A DNA stretch of 64,000 bases from Myxococcales bacterium (GTDB lineage Bacteria > Myxococcota_A > Bradymonadia > UBA7976 > UBA1532). Each line of letters begins with the position of its first letter. The first letter of the stretch is position 1. Where the stretch lies: NCBI GenBank assembly GCA_020633435.1, contig JACKDP010000007.1, positions 195,531 to 259,530 on the forward strand, written 5' to 3'. Both the position numbers and the translations under genes were made by a program. The notes under the pieces were generated by a model that was not told where the DNA came from, ran no database searches, and saw only the letters and a program-made list of their open reading frames with translations. Positions 1 to 10,244 of this stretch are shown here, one piece after another.

Positions 1-1
1 C

Positions 2-106
2 GCCCGCCAGTTCGGCTGCGAGGCGGAGGAGATCCGCCGGGCGAACGGCATCAAGGGCGACCGCATCGACGCCGGCGAGCGCCTGGTCATCCCCGAGTGC
101 CACTGA
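2..106 (+). CDS. C-terminal end of a LysM-domain protein (5' partial)
   Basis: Frame-2 translation ARQFGCEAEEIRRANGIKGDRIDAGERLVIPECH* fits the LysM C-terminal consensus (..AN.l....I..G..L.IP). The stop is at 104-106. No start lies in the window. Confidence 0.55.
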   Translation, partial: ARQFGCEAEEIRRANGIKGDRIDAGERLVIPECH

Positions 107-110
107 CCAC

Positions 111-125
111 AGGCGCGCCCCGCGC
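111..125 (+). terminator. Possible GC hairpin terminator
   Basis: Perfect inverted repeat GGCGCG-CCC-CGCGCC lies 5 nt after the LysM gene stop. There is no U-tract, which is common in high-GC genomes. Confidence 0.25.
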
Positions 126-311
126 CTGACCTGTGCCTGAGCGAGCGGCCGCACCCACCCGGGGGCGGCCGCTTTGCTTTCGGACCTCGGGAGCCTGGCG
201 GGGGCAGCGCGCGCCCGCCGCAACTCTCCGATTTCATGGCGGTTGTCGGTGGATTCGCGGGGCAGGGCCGCCGGCCCGGACGGGGCAGGCGGGCCGCCCG
301 GCTGGGCCGGC

Positions 312-421
312 GAGCGGGTGGACGCGCGGGCGAGCCCGCGGACGCGCGGCCGGGCAGGCGCGCAGACAGGCGAGCCATCGTGGAGTGAGCGGGCGGGTGG
401 ACGCGCGGGCGAGCCCGCGGA
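312..421. repeat. Two copies of a ~29-bp hairpin-containing direct repeat (GCGGGTGGACGCGCGGGCGAGCCCGCGGA) 81 bp apart
   Basis: Exact repeat seen at ~312-340 and ~393-421. Each copy contains the palindrome CGCGGG-CGAG-CCCGCG. Imperfect ~20-24-bp tandem units (AGCCGGGCAGCGCG...) follow at ~500-590. All lie in a 595-bp non-coding gap. Confidence 0.5.
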
Positions 422-701
422 GGCGGGTGAGCCGGCGGTCGGCCGAGCCCGCCAGGCGACCGCGCGTCGGGCAGCCCGGCCTCCCGCCCGGGGGCACCCG
501 GGCAGCGCGTCGCGAGCCGGGCAGCGCGTCCCGCAGCGAGCCGGGCAGCGCGCCGCGCAGCGCCGGGCAGCGCGCCGCGCCGGCCGGGCGTACGACAACA
601 GGCGGAGGGCAGGGGGCTCGCGCGCACCGCGAGCAGGCGCCGGGGCGGCGAAGGGCGGGAGGAGCGGCGCAGCAGCGGCGACCGGGGCGGTCGCCGGGCG
701 C

Positions 702-1094
702 TTACTCGGGATCGGCCTCGGAGGCGGGGGCCTCGGGCTCGGGCGCCGGCGCGGCCTCGGAGGCCGGCGCGTCCGCGCTGGCGGGGGCGGCGTCGCTGGC
801 GGGGGCCGACACGGGCGCGCCCGCGGCGTTCTCCTCGGCGAACTTCCGGGTCGGGTCGTTGGCGCTCGGGCTCGAGTACACGGCCAGGACCATGCTCGTC
901 ACCATGAAGATGCCAGCCGCCCAGCTCGTGACCTTGCCGAGGACGGTGGCCGCCGCGGACTGGCCGAGGGCGCTGCCGGCGCCGCCGCCGAAGGCCGCGG
1001 AGACGCCGCCGCCCTTGCCGGACTGGAGCAGCACCACCAGGATCAGGAAGAAGCACGTCAGCACGTGCACGACGGTGACCAGGGTCTCAAGCAT
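702..1094 (-). CDS. secG: Preprotein translocase subunit SecG
   Basis: MLETLVTVVHVL..LILVVLLQSGKGGG is the SecG signature. A low-complexity A/P/E tail follows. It is the last gene of the gap-pgk-tpiA operon. Confidence 0.85.
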   Translation of the reverse strand: MLETLVTVVHVLTCFFLILVVLLQSGKGGGVSAAFGGGAGSALGQSAAATVLGKVTSWAAGIFMVTSMVLAVYSSPSANDPTRKFAEENAAGAPVSAPASDAAPASADAPASEAAPAPEPEAPASEADPE

Positions 1095-1097
1095 CGT

Positions 1098-1870
1098 TCA
1101 GGGTTCCTCTCCACGGGCGACGATGCGGGCGAAGCTGTCAGCCGTCAGGCTCGCTCCCCCCACCAGGGCACCGTCGATGTCGGGCTGTTCCATCAGAGCG
1201 CGGATGTTGTCGGGCTTCACGCTGCCGCCGTACTGGATGCGCAGGGCGGCGGCGGCCTCGGGGCCAGCGAGGCGGGCGACCAGGGCGCGCACGGCGCCAT
1301 GGACGTCCTGGGCCTGGGCCGGGGTGGCCGTGCGGCCGGTGCCGATGGCCCAGATGGGCTCATAGGCCAGGATGAGGCGCGGCACCTCGGTGGCGGCGAA
1401 GGGCTCGAGGGCCGCCTTCACCTGCCGCTCCACCACCACCAGCGTCTGGCCGGCGTCGCGCTCGGCCAGGCTCTCGCCGACGCAGATGATGGGGGTGAGG
1501 CCGTGGTCGAACAGCGCGCGGGCCTTGCCGGCCACGCCCGCGTCCGTCTCGCCGAAGAGCTGGCGCCGCTCGCTATGGCCCACGATGCCATACCGGGCGC
1601 CGGCCGCCGCGATGAGCGGGGGGCTGATCTCGCCGGTGAAGGCGCCGCTGTCGGCCCCGTGGCAGTGCTGGGCGGCCACGGCGACGGGGCCGTCCGCGAG
1701 GCGCTTCGCCACCGCGTACACCGCCAGCGCCGTGGGCGCGACGATGACGTCCACGTCGCGGAACCGCGCGCAACGATTCTGGATTTCGGCGGCGAGGCTC
1801 ACGCTCTCGGCCACCGTCAGGTGCATCTTCCAGTTGCCGGCGATGACCGGGCGGCGCGTCGAGGTGGCCA

Positions 1871-1871
<1 letters not shown>
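1098..1871 (-). CDS. tpiA: Triose-phosphate isomerase
   Basis: IAGNWKMH, IVGHSERR, AYEPIWAIGTG and YGGSV motifs. ATGA overlap with the pgk stop. Confidence 0.95.
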
Positions 1872-3078
<1,207 letters not shown>

Positions 3079-3079
<1 letters not shown>

Positions 3080-4125
3080 CAGGCGCTGGCTCGCGGCAGG
3101 CCGAGCAGCAGGCGGGTCAGGTCCACCATGCGGTTCGAGAAGCCCCACTCGTTGTCGTACCAGGCCAGCACCTTCACCAGGTTGCCGCCCAGGACCATCG
3201 TGTTCTCGGCGTCGACGATGGAGCTGAAGGGGCAGCCGATGTAGTCGGTGGAGACCAGCGGGGCCGTCTCGTAGTGCAGCACGCCGGCGAGGGGGCCCTC
3301 GCTGGCCGCCTTCTGCAGGACCGCGTTCACGGCCGCCACGTCGGTGGCCGTCTTCACGGTGGCCACGAGGTCGACGAGGGAGACGTTGGGGGTCGGCACG
3401 CGCACCGCGATGCCGTCCAGCTTGCCCTTCAGGTGCGGCAGGACCTCGCCGATGGCCTTCGCGGCGCCCGTGCTCGTCGGGATCATCGACAGCGCGGCCG
3501 CGCGGGCCCGGCGCAGATCCGAGTGGGGCAGGTCGAGGAGCTGCTGGTCGTTCGTGTAGCTGTGGATCGTCGTGACGGCGCCGTGGACGAGGCCGAAGGC
3601 GTCATCCAGGGCCTTGACCACCGGCGCGAGGCAGTTGGTGGTGCAGGAGCCGTTGGAGACGATCTGGTGGACGCTCGGGTCGAGGAGGTGGTCGTTGACC
3701 CCCACCACGACGGTGAGATCCATCTGCTTGCCCGGCGAGCTGACGATGACGGAGCGGGCGCCGGCGGCCAGGTGGGCCGACGTCGAGGCCTTGTCGCGGA
3801 ACACGCCCGTGCACTCGAGCACCACCTCCACGCCCAGCTCGCCCCAGGGCAGGTTGGCGGGGTTGCGCTCGGCGGTGGTGTGGATGCGGCGGCCGTTCAC
3901 CACGATGATGCCCGCGTCGACGCTCACGTCCGCCCCGAAGGTGCGGTGCACGGAGTCGTACTTCAGCAGGTGGGCCAGGGTGGCGGGGTTGGTCAGATCG
4001 TTGATGGCAACGACCTCGACCTCGGGATCCTGCTCGAGGATCCGGAACACCATCCGACCAATCCGGCCAAACCCGTTGATGGCGATCTTGCGGCTCATGG
4101 GGTCCTCGGCGGGTGCAGGGCGCAC
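3079..4125 (-). CDS. gap: Glyceraldehyde-3-phosphate dehydrogenase
   Basis: [15 protein letters not shown]-binding motif, catalytic SCTTNCL, and WYDNEWG at the C-terminus. Confidence 0.95.
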
Positions 4126-4239
4126 GACCCGCGAGGGCGCGCGCTTCGACCAGGGTAAAAAAGGCGCGTAAAGCTAGCCGCTCGGGGGGCCGACGTCAAG
4201 GTGCGGGGGGGAGGGCGGGCGCGGGGCCCGGCGGGGGGT

Positions 4240-4392
4240 CAGGCGGGGCGGACGAGGCCGCGCAGCTCCGTCGCGAAGGCCAGGATCTGCGCCTCCGAGA
4301 AGCCCTGGGCCTTGAGCCGGCGCAGCAGGCTGCGGGCCAGGATGCGGGCGCCGCGGTTCTCGGGGGCGTCGGTCGGGGTCGTCGGGCTCATG
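4240..4392 (-). CDS. Small hypothetical protein (~50 aa)
   Basis: ORF MSPTTPTDAPENRGARILARSLLRRLKAQGFSEAQILAFATELRGLVRPA* is below the ORF-track cut-off. A GAGGAGG Shine-Dalgarno sits 5 nt upstream of the ATG. It lies in the gap/4606-gene intergenic region. Confidence 0.35.
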
Positions 4393-4605
4393 GGGACCTC
4401 CTCGGCTGGGGCGGGTGGAGAGGGAGCACGACCCGTGCCACCCCCTGGCGCGCGCCAGGCCTCGTAAGTGCTCGCCCGATCTCAGGAAAGCGCGAACGGC
4501 GCTACGCAGATCCGGCGACGGGGTGCGCAGCCGGGGTGGCAGCACGCGCGGCCTTCTCGCCCCGGGGCGCATCCACTATCTTCCCCTGCCAGCCCTGGAG
4601 AGCCC

Positions 4606-6354
4606 ATGTCCGATCCCGTCGCTGCCTTCCGCCACGCCTTCTTCGCCGAGCGGCGCGCCCTCATCGGCCGCCTGGGGCCGGAGGCCTTCGACCAGGGGCA
4701 GGTGCTCTACACCTGCGCCCTCACGGGCCGGCAGCTCGTGGTGCAGGACGCCTTCCCCGAGCCCGCCACCGGGGCCATCGGCGCCTTCGTGCAGCGGGTG
4801 GCCAGCGACTGGTGGGCCACGCGGCGCCAGTTCGCCGGCGAGGCCGATCCGGGCACCCGCTTCGAGGCGACCGCGGGCCTGTACGCGCGCTACCTGCCGG
4901 CCGTCGGGTTCGACTGGTGCCTGGAGCTCGGCCCCGAGGGGCCGGCCCGCGCCTGGCGCGTCGACGGCCGGGAGCGGGCGACGGCCCTGGCCCTGCCCCC
5001 CGACGAGGACACCTTCCGCGACCAGACGGGCACCTTCTTCGATCTGCGCGAGGCGTGGGCGGGGCTGGTGGCGCGCACCGTCGCGACGGGGCAGGGGGCG
5101 GTGGCCGAGGTGCAGCCCGGCTACGTCGTCGGCGCCCGGGTGGGCGTGCCGGGCGATCCCGACCCGGCCCAGCGCGAAGACCCGGACTTCATGGAGCACT
5201 TCAGCGCCTGGGATCCGCGGGAGTACGACACGCTGGAGTTCCTCAACACCCCGGAGACGGCGGCGCTGCCCGAGGCGTGGCGCTGGCCGGAGTGGCTCGG
5301 GGCGGGGGCCGGGGCGGTGGCCGCCGGCGAGGTGGAGCTGTTCGCCCTCGCCGACTCGACGGCCTTCGTCGAGGCCATCAAGGATCTGGCGGCGGCCCGG
5401 GGGGCCGACGTGCGCGAGGTGGCCGACGAGGAGCTGCGGCTCTCCCGGGGGCCGTTGTCGATGCAGATCGAGTGGGCGCGGCCGTTCCTGCGCACCCTGC
5501 ACGCGGGCCTCGGCTTCGCGGAGGGCGCGCGCACCTTCTTCCAGCCCGCGCTGGCCAGCCTGGACGAGGGCTTCGAGCTGCTGACGGCGCTGCGGGCGCG
5601 GCTGGCGCCGCTGCAGGTCGGGGTGGAGGCGGGCACCGTGGCCGTCGTCCGCGCCGGCGACGCCGTGCTGGGGCGCTGGAACCTGCTGACGCTGGTGGGC
5701 CGGCAGGACGCCCTCGGCAGCCGCGGCGTCGACGAGGTGCTCGCCTTCCTCGGCTACGACGCCGAGACGGGCAGCTTCCGGCGGGCGGACGTGCCCCTCG
5801 ATCAGTGCCCCGTCTGCGGCGAGCCGGCCCGCGTGGCCAAGATCGTGCGGCCGAAGGCCCTGCTCGGGGCCGACCCGCGCACCCTGGCGGGGGTGACCAT
5901 CGGCGCCCACGTCGTCCTCTACACCCGCGACTGCCCACGCCACTCCACGCCGCTCGAGCCGCACCCGGATCAGCCCCTCGCGACGCTGGAGGCCGCCTTC
6001 CAGGCGGGGCTGGCCGACGCCGAGATCAGCCTGGCGGAGGTGCGCGGCCTCGCCGGCGGCGTCCTGCTGACGGGCTTCGACGTCGGCTCGCTGGTGCTGG
6101 AGCCCCGGCTGCTCAAGGCGGCCCTCCAGGCGGCGCAGGTGCCGGCGGGGGGCAAGCGCCACGCCTACGCCTTCGGGCCCGACACCCTGCTCGTGACGGA
6201 GGCCCCGGTGGAGGGGGCGGCCCAGCACGCGGCCCGGGTGGCCGCCGAGGACGCCGTGCGGGGCCGCTTCGCCGGGCGCGGCTGGCCGCTGGACGTGGGG
6301 CGCGCCGTGGATCTGGACGTCAAGCCCCTGGGTCGGGTCTCCTGGTCGGCGTGA
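4606..6354 (+). CDS. Hypothetical protein (582 aa)
   Basis: Coding-like frame from MSDPVAAFRHAFF. GGAG RBS 6 nt upstream. Contains CPVCGE...CPRH (a possible zinc-ribbon). I recognise no family. Confidence 0.6.
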   Translation: MSDPVAAFRHAFFAERRALIGRLGPEAFDQGQVLYTCALTGRQLVVQDAFPEPATGAIGAFVQRVASDWWATRRQFAGEADPGTRFEATAGLYARYLPAVGFDWCLELGPEGPARAWRVDGRERATALALPPDEDTFRDQTGTFFDLREAWAGLVARTVATGQGAVAEVQPGYVVGARVGVPGDPDPAQREDPDFMEHFSAWDPREYDTLEFLNTPETAALPEAWRWPEWLGAGAGAVAAGEVELFALADSTAFVEAIKDLAAARGADVREVADEELRLSRGPLSMQIEWARPFLRTLHAGLGFAEGARTFFQPALASLDEGFELLTALRARLAPLQVGVEAGTVAVVRAGDAVLGRWNLLTLVGRQDALGSRGVDEVLAFLGYDAETGSFRRADVPLDQCPVCGEPARVAKIVRPKALLGADPRTLAGVTIGAHVVLYTRDCPRHSTPLEPHPDQPLATLEAAFQAGLADAEISLAEVRGLAGGVLLTGFDVGSLVLEPRLLKAALQAAQVPAGGKRHAYAFGPDTLLVTEAPVEGAAQHAARVAAEDAVRGRFAGRGWPLDVGRAVDLDVKPLGRVSWSA

Positions 6355-6695
6355 ACGCCGCCGCCCTCGCCCTGCTGGCCGCCCTCGCGGCCCCCCCGAC
6401 GCTCGGCGACGGGCTGCGGGCCATCGGCGCCCTGCAGGCGGTGGATCACACCCTCGACCCGCCCCCCCCGCCGCCCCGCACGGGCGCGAAGATCCTGCTC
6501 GGCGTGTCGGGCGCGGCCGTGCTGGCCGGCCTGGTGGGCATGGCCATCACGCCCGGCTGCGCCACCCGCGACGCCGAGCGGCGCTGCGTCGATCCCCGGG
6601 GCGCGGCGGATGGCTTCCCGGCGCTCGTCGTCCTGGGCCTGGGTGGCCTGACGACGGGGGCCTACTGGCTGCGCCGAGACCTGCCAGATCGCTGA
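6351..6695 (+). CDS. Small membrane protein (~114 aa), translationally coupled
   Basis: GTG start overlaps the upstream stop (GTGA). Two hydrophobic helices (AALALLAALAA, ILLGVSGAAVLAGLVGMAI...ALVVLGLGGLTTGAYWL). Ends 4 nt before the convergent CHAT gene. Confidence 0.4.
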   Translation: MNAAALALLAALAAPPTLGDGLRAIGALQAVDHTLDPPPPPPRTGAKILLGVSGAAVLAGLVGMAITPGCATRDAERRCVDPRGAADGFPALVVLGLGGLTTGAYWLRRDLPDR

Positions 6696-6699
6696 AACT

Positions 6700-9186
6700 T
6701 CAGGGGTTTTGCGGCAGCGTCCAGGCGCCGCGCAGGCTGAACGTGGCCCAGAAGTAGGGGTGCGTGAAGTCGCGGATGCGCCGGCGGGTGGGGGCCTGGG
6801 TGCCGCGGGCGGTGTCGAGCATGGCCAGCAGGGGCCCCAGCTCCTCCGGCTTCGCGCGGCCGTTGCGCAGCGCGAGCTGGGCGCGGTGGAAGGCGTCGAT
6901 GAGGTCGCCGCCCTCCAGGCCCGCGTAGAAGTTGCGCATGAAGAGCACGCTGGCGGCATCGTGGACCGGCCAGCGGCTCGCGACCACCGACCGCGCGCCG
7001 GCCTCCAGGAAGGCGCGATCCACCACCCAGGGGATCTCGTCGCCGGCCCCGCCCTGGCCCCCCGCGGAGTCGCAGACGGACAGCACGACCAGGCGCGCCG
7101 AGGTGGGGCTGGCGGCCAGCTCGTCGGCGTGCAGGCGCCCATCGAAGCCGGAGTCGGGCACCAGCTCCAGGTAGAGCGGGGCGTCCGGGCGGGCGCGGAT
7201 GCCATGGGTGGCGAAGTGCACCAGGTCGGCGCGGCCCAGGGCGTCGCGGACGACGGACTCCCGCGCCTCGGCCCCCAGGAGCGTCTCGGTGCCGGTGAAG
7301 CGCCGCGCGACCTCCTGGGCCTCCTCCCGGGCGCCGGGCAGGTTGTCGCGGGGATCGCCGACCGCCAGCATATGGGCCGGGCCGGCCGCGGGCGCGGGGC
7401 GCAGCGCCGTGGCCACCGCCGTCAGGTTGGCCTCGGTGACGACGGCGAAGCGATCGACCAGCAGGCGGCCCGCCCAGGGCAGCGCCTCGAAGGGCACCGG
7501 GTGCAGGGGCCCGTGGGGCACGATGACCAGCAGGCGGACGTCGCGCGCGGCGGCCAGCCGGGCGGCGATGGGATCGAGCAGCCAGCGGCCCAGCCGGCCG
7601 GCCGCGGGTACGTAGTCGTTGCCCTTGGAGCGGATGCCCAGCAGCAGGCGCTCGACCTCCTCGTCGAGGGCCTTCGCCGCGACGGGGGCGCTCTGGACCT
7701 CGACGCCCGCGGCCGTCAGCCAGAAGACCAGCAGGCGGTCGGGCAGGCTGTAGTACTCGATGACGGCGGCGTCCGGCGGGAGCGTGGCGCGGATGGTCGC
7801 CGGATCGGCGGGGGCCGCGGGCTCGGCCAGCCGGAAGAGGTTGCTGGCCCGCTCCACCGTCCGACGGCTCGGCAGCGGGGAGTCGCTGCCGGCCACGGGG
7901 GCGGCGGGCCCGCCGGGCTCCGCCTCGCGGGTCGCGTGCAGGCGCTCGGCGAAGGCGCGGGCCTTGACGGCGCCCACCACCCGCAGGGCGGCGTCGCCCT
8001 CGCCCGCGTCGGCGAGCAGGCCGATGAGCCCGTCGTAGGCGGCCCGGCGCGTGCGGGTGAGGCTGGTGGACAGGTGCTCCAGCCCGAGCAGGGCCCGCAG
8101 CCGGTCGAACTCGTCAACGGCGGCCTGGAAGTGCCGGCGGGCGGCGGCCGCGTCACCCCGGGCCTGGGCCCGCCAGGCGCGCAGCGTCTGCACCCGGGCC
8201 CGCAGCTCGGCGGTGCCCGGCTTGAAGGCGTCGGCCCGGGCCGCGAAGGCGCTCCAGCGGCGGGCGCCGGCCAGGGCCTCCAGGGCCGCGGCCTCGGCCT
8301 CCTGCCGCAAGGGCTCGATCTTGTGGGCGTCGGCGCCCGTGACCGCGGCGTCGGCCTCGGCGAGGGCGGCGTCCCAGTCCTGCACCTCCAGCGCGGCGGC
8401 CGCGAGGACGATGCGGGCCTGGATGACCGCGGCCTGCATGCCCGTGGCCTGCCCGTGCTCCAGCGCCAGGGTGGCGAGGCGGCGCGCCTCGGCGGCGTCC
8501 CCCTCGCTCACGGCGACGATGCCCTGGGTGGCGTAGGCGACGGCGGCGTCGGCGGGGCGCCCGGCCAGCTCGTGCATCCGCGCCGTCTGCGTCAGGAGCT
8601 CCCGCGCGGCCTCGAACTCGCCCACATAGCTGAGCAGCATGGCCATGCCGTCGAGGCCGTTGGCCTGCAGGCGGGCGTCCTCCAGGGCGACGGCGCGCTG
8701 GTAGACGTCCTGGTAGAGCTCCCAGGCGCGATCGAAGGACTGGGCGGCCCAGGCGAGCCCGGCGCGGTTGACCTGCACCTTGACCAGCTCGTCGGCGGGG
8801 CCGTGGGCCTGGTACCAGGCGTGGGCGGCGGCGTAGAGCGCCTCGGCCTCGCCGGCGCGGCCGGCGTCGGCGTAGAGGCGGCCCAGGTAGCGGCGGGCGC
8901 GGGCGGCGACCTCGCCATCCCCCCGGCCGTCGGCCTCGGCGATGGCGCGCTGCAGCGTCTGCTCGGCGGCGTCGGTGCGGCCCAGCAGCTTCTGCGTCTG
9001 CCCGAGGCGGGCGCGCACGCCGGGCCGCTCCGCCGCGGACGCCACCTCGAGGGCCCGCGCGAAGTCGGTGGCCGCGGCGGGGTAGTCCCCGGCCCGGAAG
9101 GCGGCCTCGGCGGCCGCCAGCGGATCGATCTCGGGCTCGCAGCCGAGCAGCAGCAGGGCCACGAACGCCAGCCGGCCCAGGCGCAT
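6700..9186 (-). CDS. TPR-repeat / CHAT-domain (caspase-like) protease lipoprotein
   Basis: Lipoprotein signal MRLGRLAFVALLLLGC. About 450 aa of TPR-like helical repeats. C-terminal CHAT domain with a His/Cys dyad (LVHFATHG ... LSVCDSAGG). Its start overlaps the upstream anti-sigma stop (ATGA). Confidence 0.85.
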   Translation of the reverse strand: MRLGRLAFVALLLLGCEPEIDPLAAAEAAFRAGDYPAAATDFARALEVASAAERPGVRARLGQTQKLLGRTDAAEQTLQRAIAEADGRGDGEVAARARRYLGRLYADAGRAGEAEALYAAAHAWYQAHGPADELVKVQVNRAGLAWAAQSFDRAWELYQDVYQRAVALEDARLQANGLDGMAMLLSYVGEFEAARELLTQTARMHELAGRPADAAVAYATQGIVAVSEGDAAEARRLATLALEHGQATGMQAAVIQARIVLAAAALEVQDWDAALAEADAAVTGADAHKIEPLRQEAEAAALEALAGARRWSAFAARADAFKPGTAELRARVQTLRAWRAQARGDAAAARRHFQAAVDEFDRLRALLGLEHLSTSLTRTRRAAYDGLIGLLADAGEGDAALRVVGAVKARAFAERLHATREAEPGGPAAPVAGSDSPLPSRRTVERASNLFRLAEPAAPADPATIRATLPPDAAVIEYYSLPDRLLVFWLTAAGVEVQSAPVAAKALDEEVERLLLGIRSKGNDYVPAAGRLGRWLLDPIAARLAAARDVRLLVIVPHGPLHPVPFEALPWAGRLLVDRFAVVTEANLTAVATALRPAPAAGPAHMLAVGDPRDNLPGAREEAQEVARRFTGTETLLGAEARESVVRDALGRADLVHFATHGIRARPDAPLYLELVPDSGFDGRLHADELAASPTSARLVVLSVCDSAGGQGGAGDEIPWVVDRAFLEAGARSVVASRWPVHDAASVLFMRNFYAGLEGGDLIDAFHRAQLALRNGRAKPEELGPLLAMLDTARGTQAPTRRRIRDFTHPYFWATFSLRGAWTLPQNP

Positions 9187-10244
9187 CAGCGGTGCTCCAT
9201 CTCCGTCGCGGGCACCAGCGTCACCTCGGCGCCGAGGGCGCGGGCCAGGGCGTCGAGGCGCGCGGCGCGATCGGCGGCGGCCTCGGCGTTGACCCGGGTG
9301 AGCAGCGCCGGGAGGTCGGGGAGGGGCCCTCGGCTGACCAGGCCCACGAAGCGCTCGCGCCCCGGCGTCTGGTCGAACTCCTGGCGGATGCTCAGGCGCG
9401 GGGCGGTGGCGGTGGCCATGACGTTGACGGCGGCCGCGTCGGGGACGACGAGCTGGCCGGCGCTGTCGAGCAGGACGAGGCCGAGGTAGCTGCCCGGCTC
9501 GCCCTCGATGGTGATGACGACCTGGTCGCCGGCGCGCCAGACGGCCTGGTCGGCGGCGCCGCGCTCCATGCTGGTGTGCTCGCCGACCACGAAGATGTGG
9601 CCGGCAGGCGGCGCGGTGCGGGTGGCCTGGAAGAGGCCGAAGCCCACGAGCGCCGCGGCCGCGAGGGCCAGCGCGGGCCAGAACCGGCCGCGGGAGCGGG
9701 CGGCGGGGGCGGCGGCGCGCAGCAGGTAGCCGGGGCCCGCCGGCAGGGCGGGCTGGCGGACGCGCTGCAAGGTGGCGTCATCGACGATGAGCCCCGGGCG
9801 GCCGCTCTCGGCGAGCCACTGGTAGAGGGCGGCGGCGCTCTCCTGCACCTCGCCCAGCAGGGCGCCCTGGCCCAGCAGGCCGGGCCCCTCGGCGACGGCG
9901 CCCCGGCCACCGCCGCGGGTGGCGGCGCGGGCGGCCTCGATGAGGCGCTGCACGGCGTCGGCGTCGGCGGCGTCCACCGCGGCGGCGACGACGCCGGGGG
10001 CGACGACCTCGGCGGCGAGCCAGCCGGGGTCGGCCTCGGTGCCGGGGAAGAGGGCGACGGCGACGCGGCCACCCACCAGGGCGTCGAGCCAGGCGGGGGC
10101 CTCCGCGGGGGCGCGGGGGCCGCCCGTCAGGAGCGCTTCGGCGCGGGCGAGCTCGGCGGCGAGGGCCGGCGGGATATCGGAGGAGTCATCCACGGCACTG
10201 CAGTGCGCCTCGCCGTCGGATTTCTTAGATTCATTCGCCATCAC
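9186..10244 (-). CDS. Putative anti-sigma factor (single-pass membrane protein)
   Basis: Overlaps the ECF sigma gene by 14 nt and the CHAT gene by 1 nt. One TM helix (FWPALALAAAALVGFGLF) in the middle. The first 12 codons are unusually AT-rich. Confidence 0.6.
   Translation of the reverse strand: MMANESKKSDGEAHCSAVDDSSDIPPALAAELARAEALLTGGPRAPAEAPAWLDALVGGRVAVALFPGTEADPGWLAAEVVAPGVVAAAVDAADADAVQRLIEAARAATRGGGRGAVAEGPGLLGQGALLGEVQESAAALYQWLAESGRPGLIVDDATLQRVRQPALPAGPGYLLRAAAPAARSRGRFWPALALAAAALVGFGLFQATRTAPPAGHIFVVGEHTSMERGAADQAVWRAGDQVVITIEGEPGSYLGLVLLDSAGQLVVPDAAAVNVMATATAPRLSIRQEFDQTPGRERFVGLVSRGPLPDLPALLTRVNAEAAADRAARLDALARALGAEVTLVPATEMEHR

Noticed and set aside
3572-9489. Other long GC-frame ORFs (4113..6695 +, 4576..6228 -, 6165..7205 -, 6709..9489 +)
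   Set aside because: No motifs and R/G/P-rich composition. They overlap the better-supported 4606..6354 and TPR-CHAT genes.
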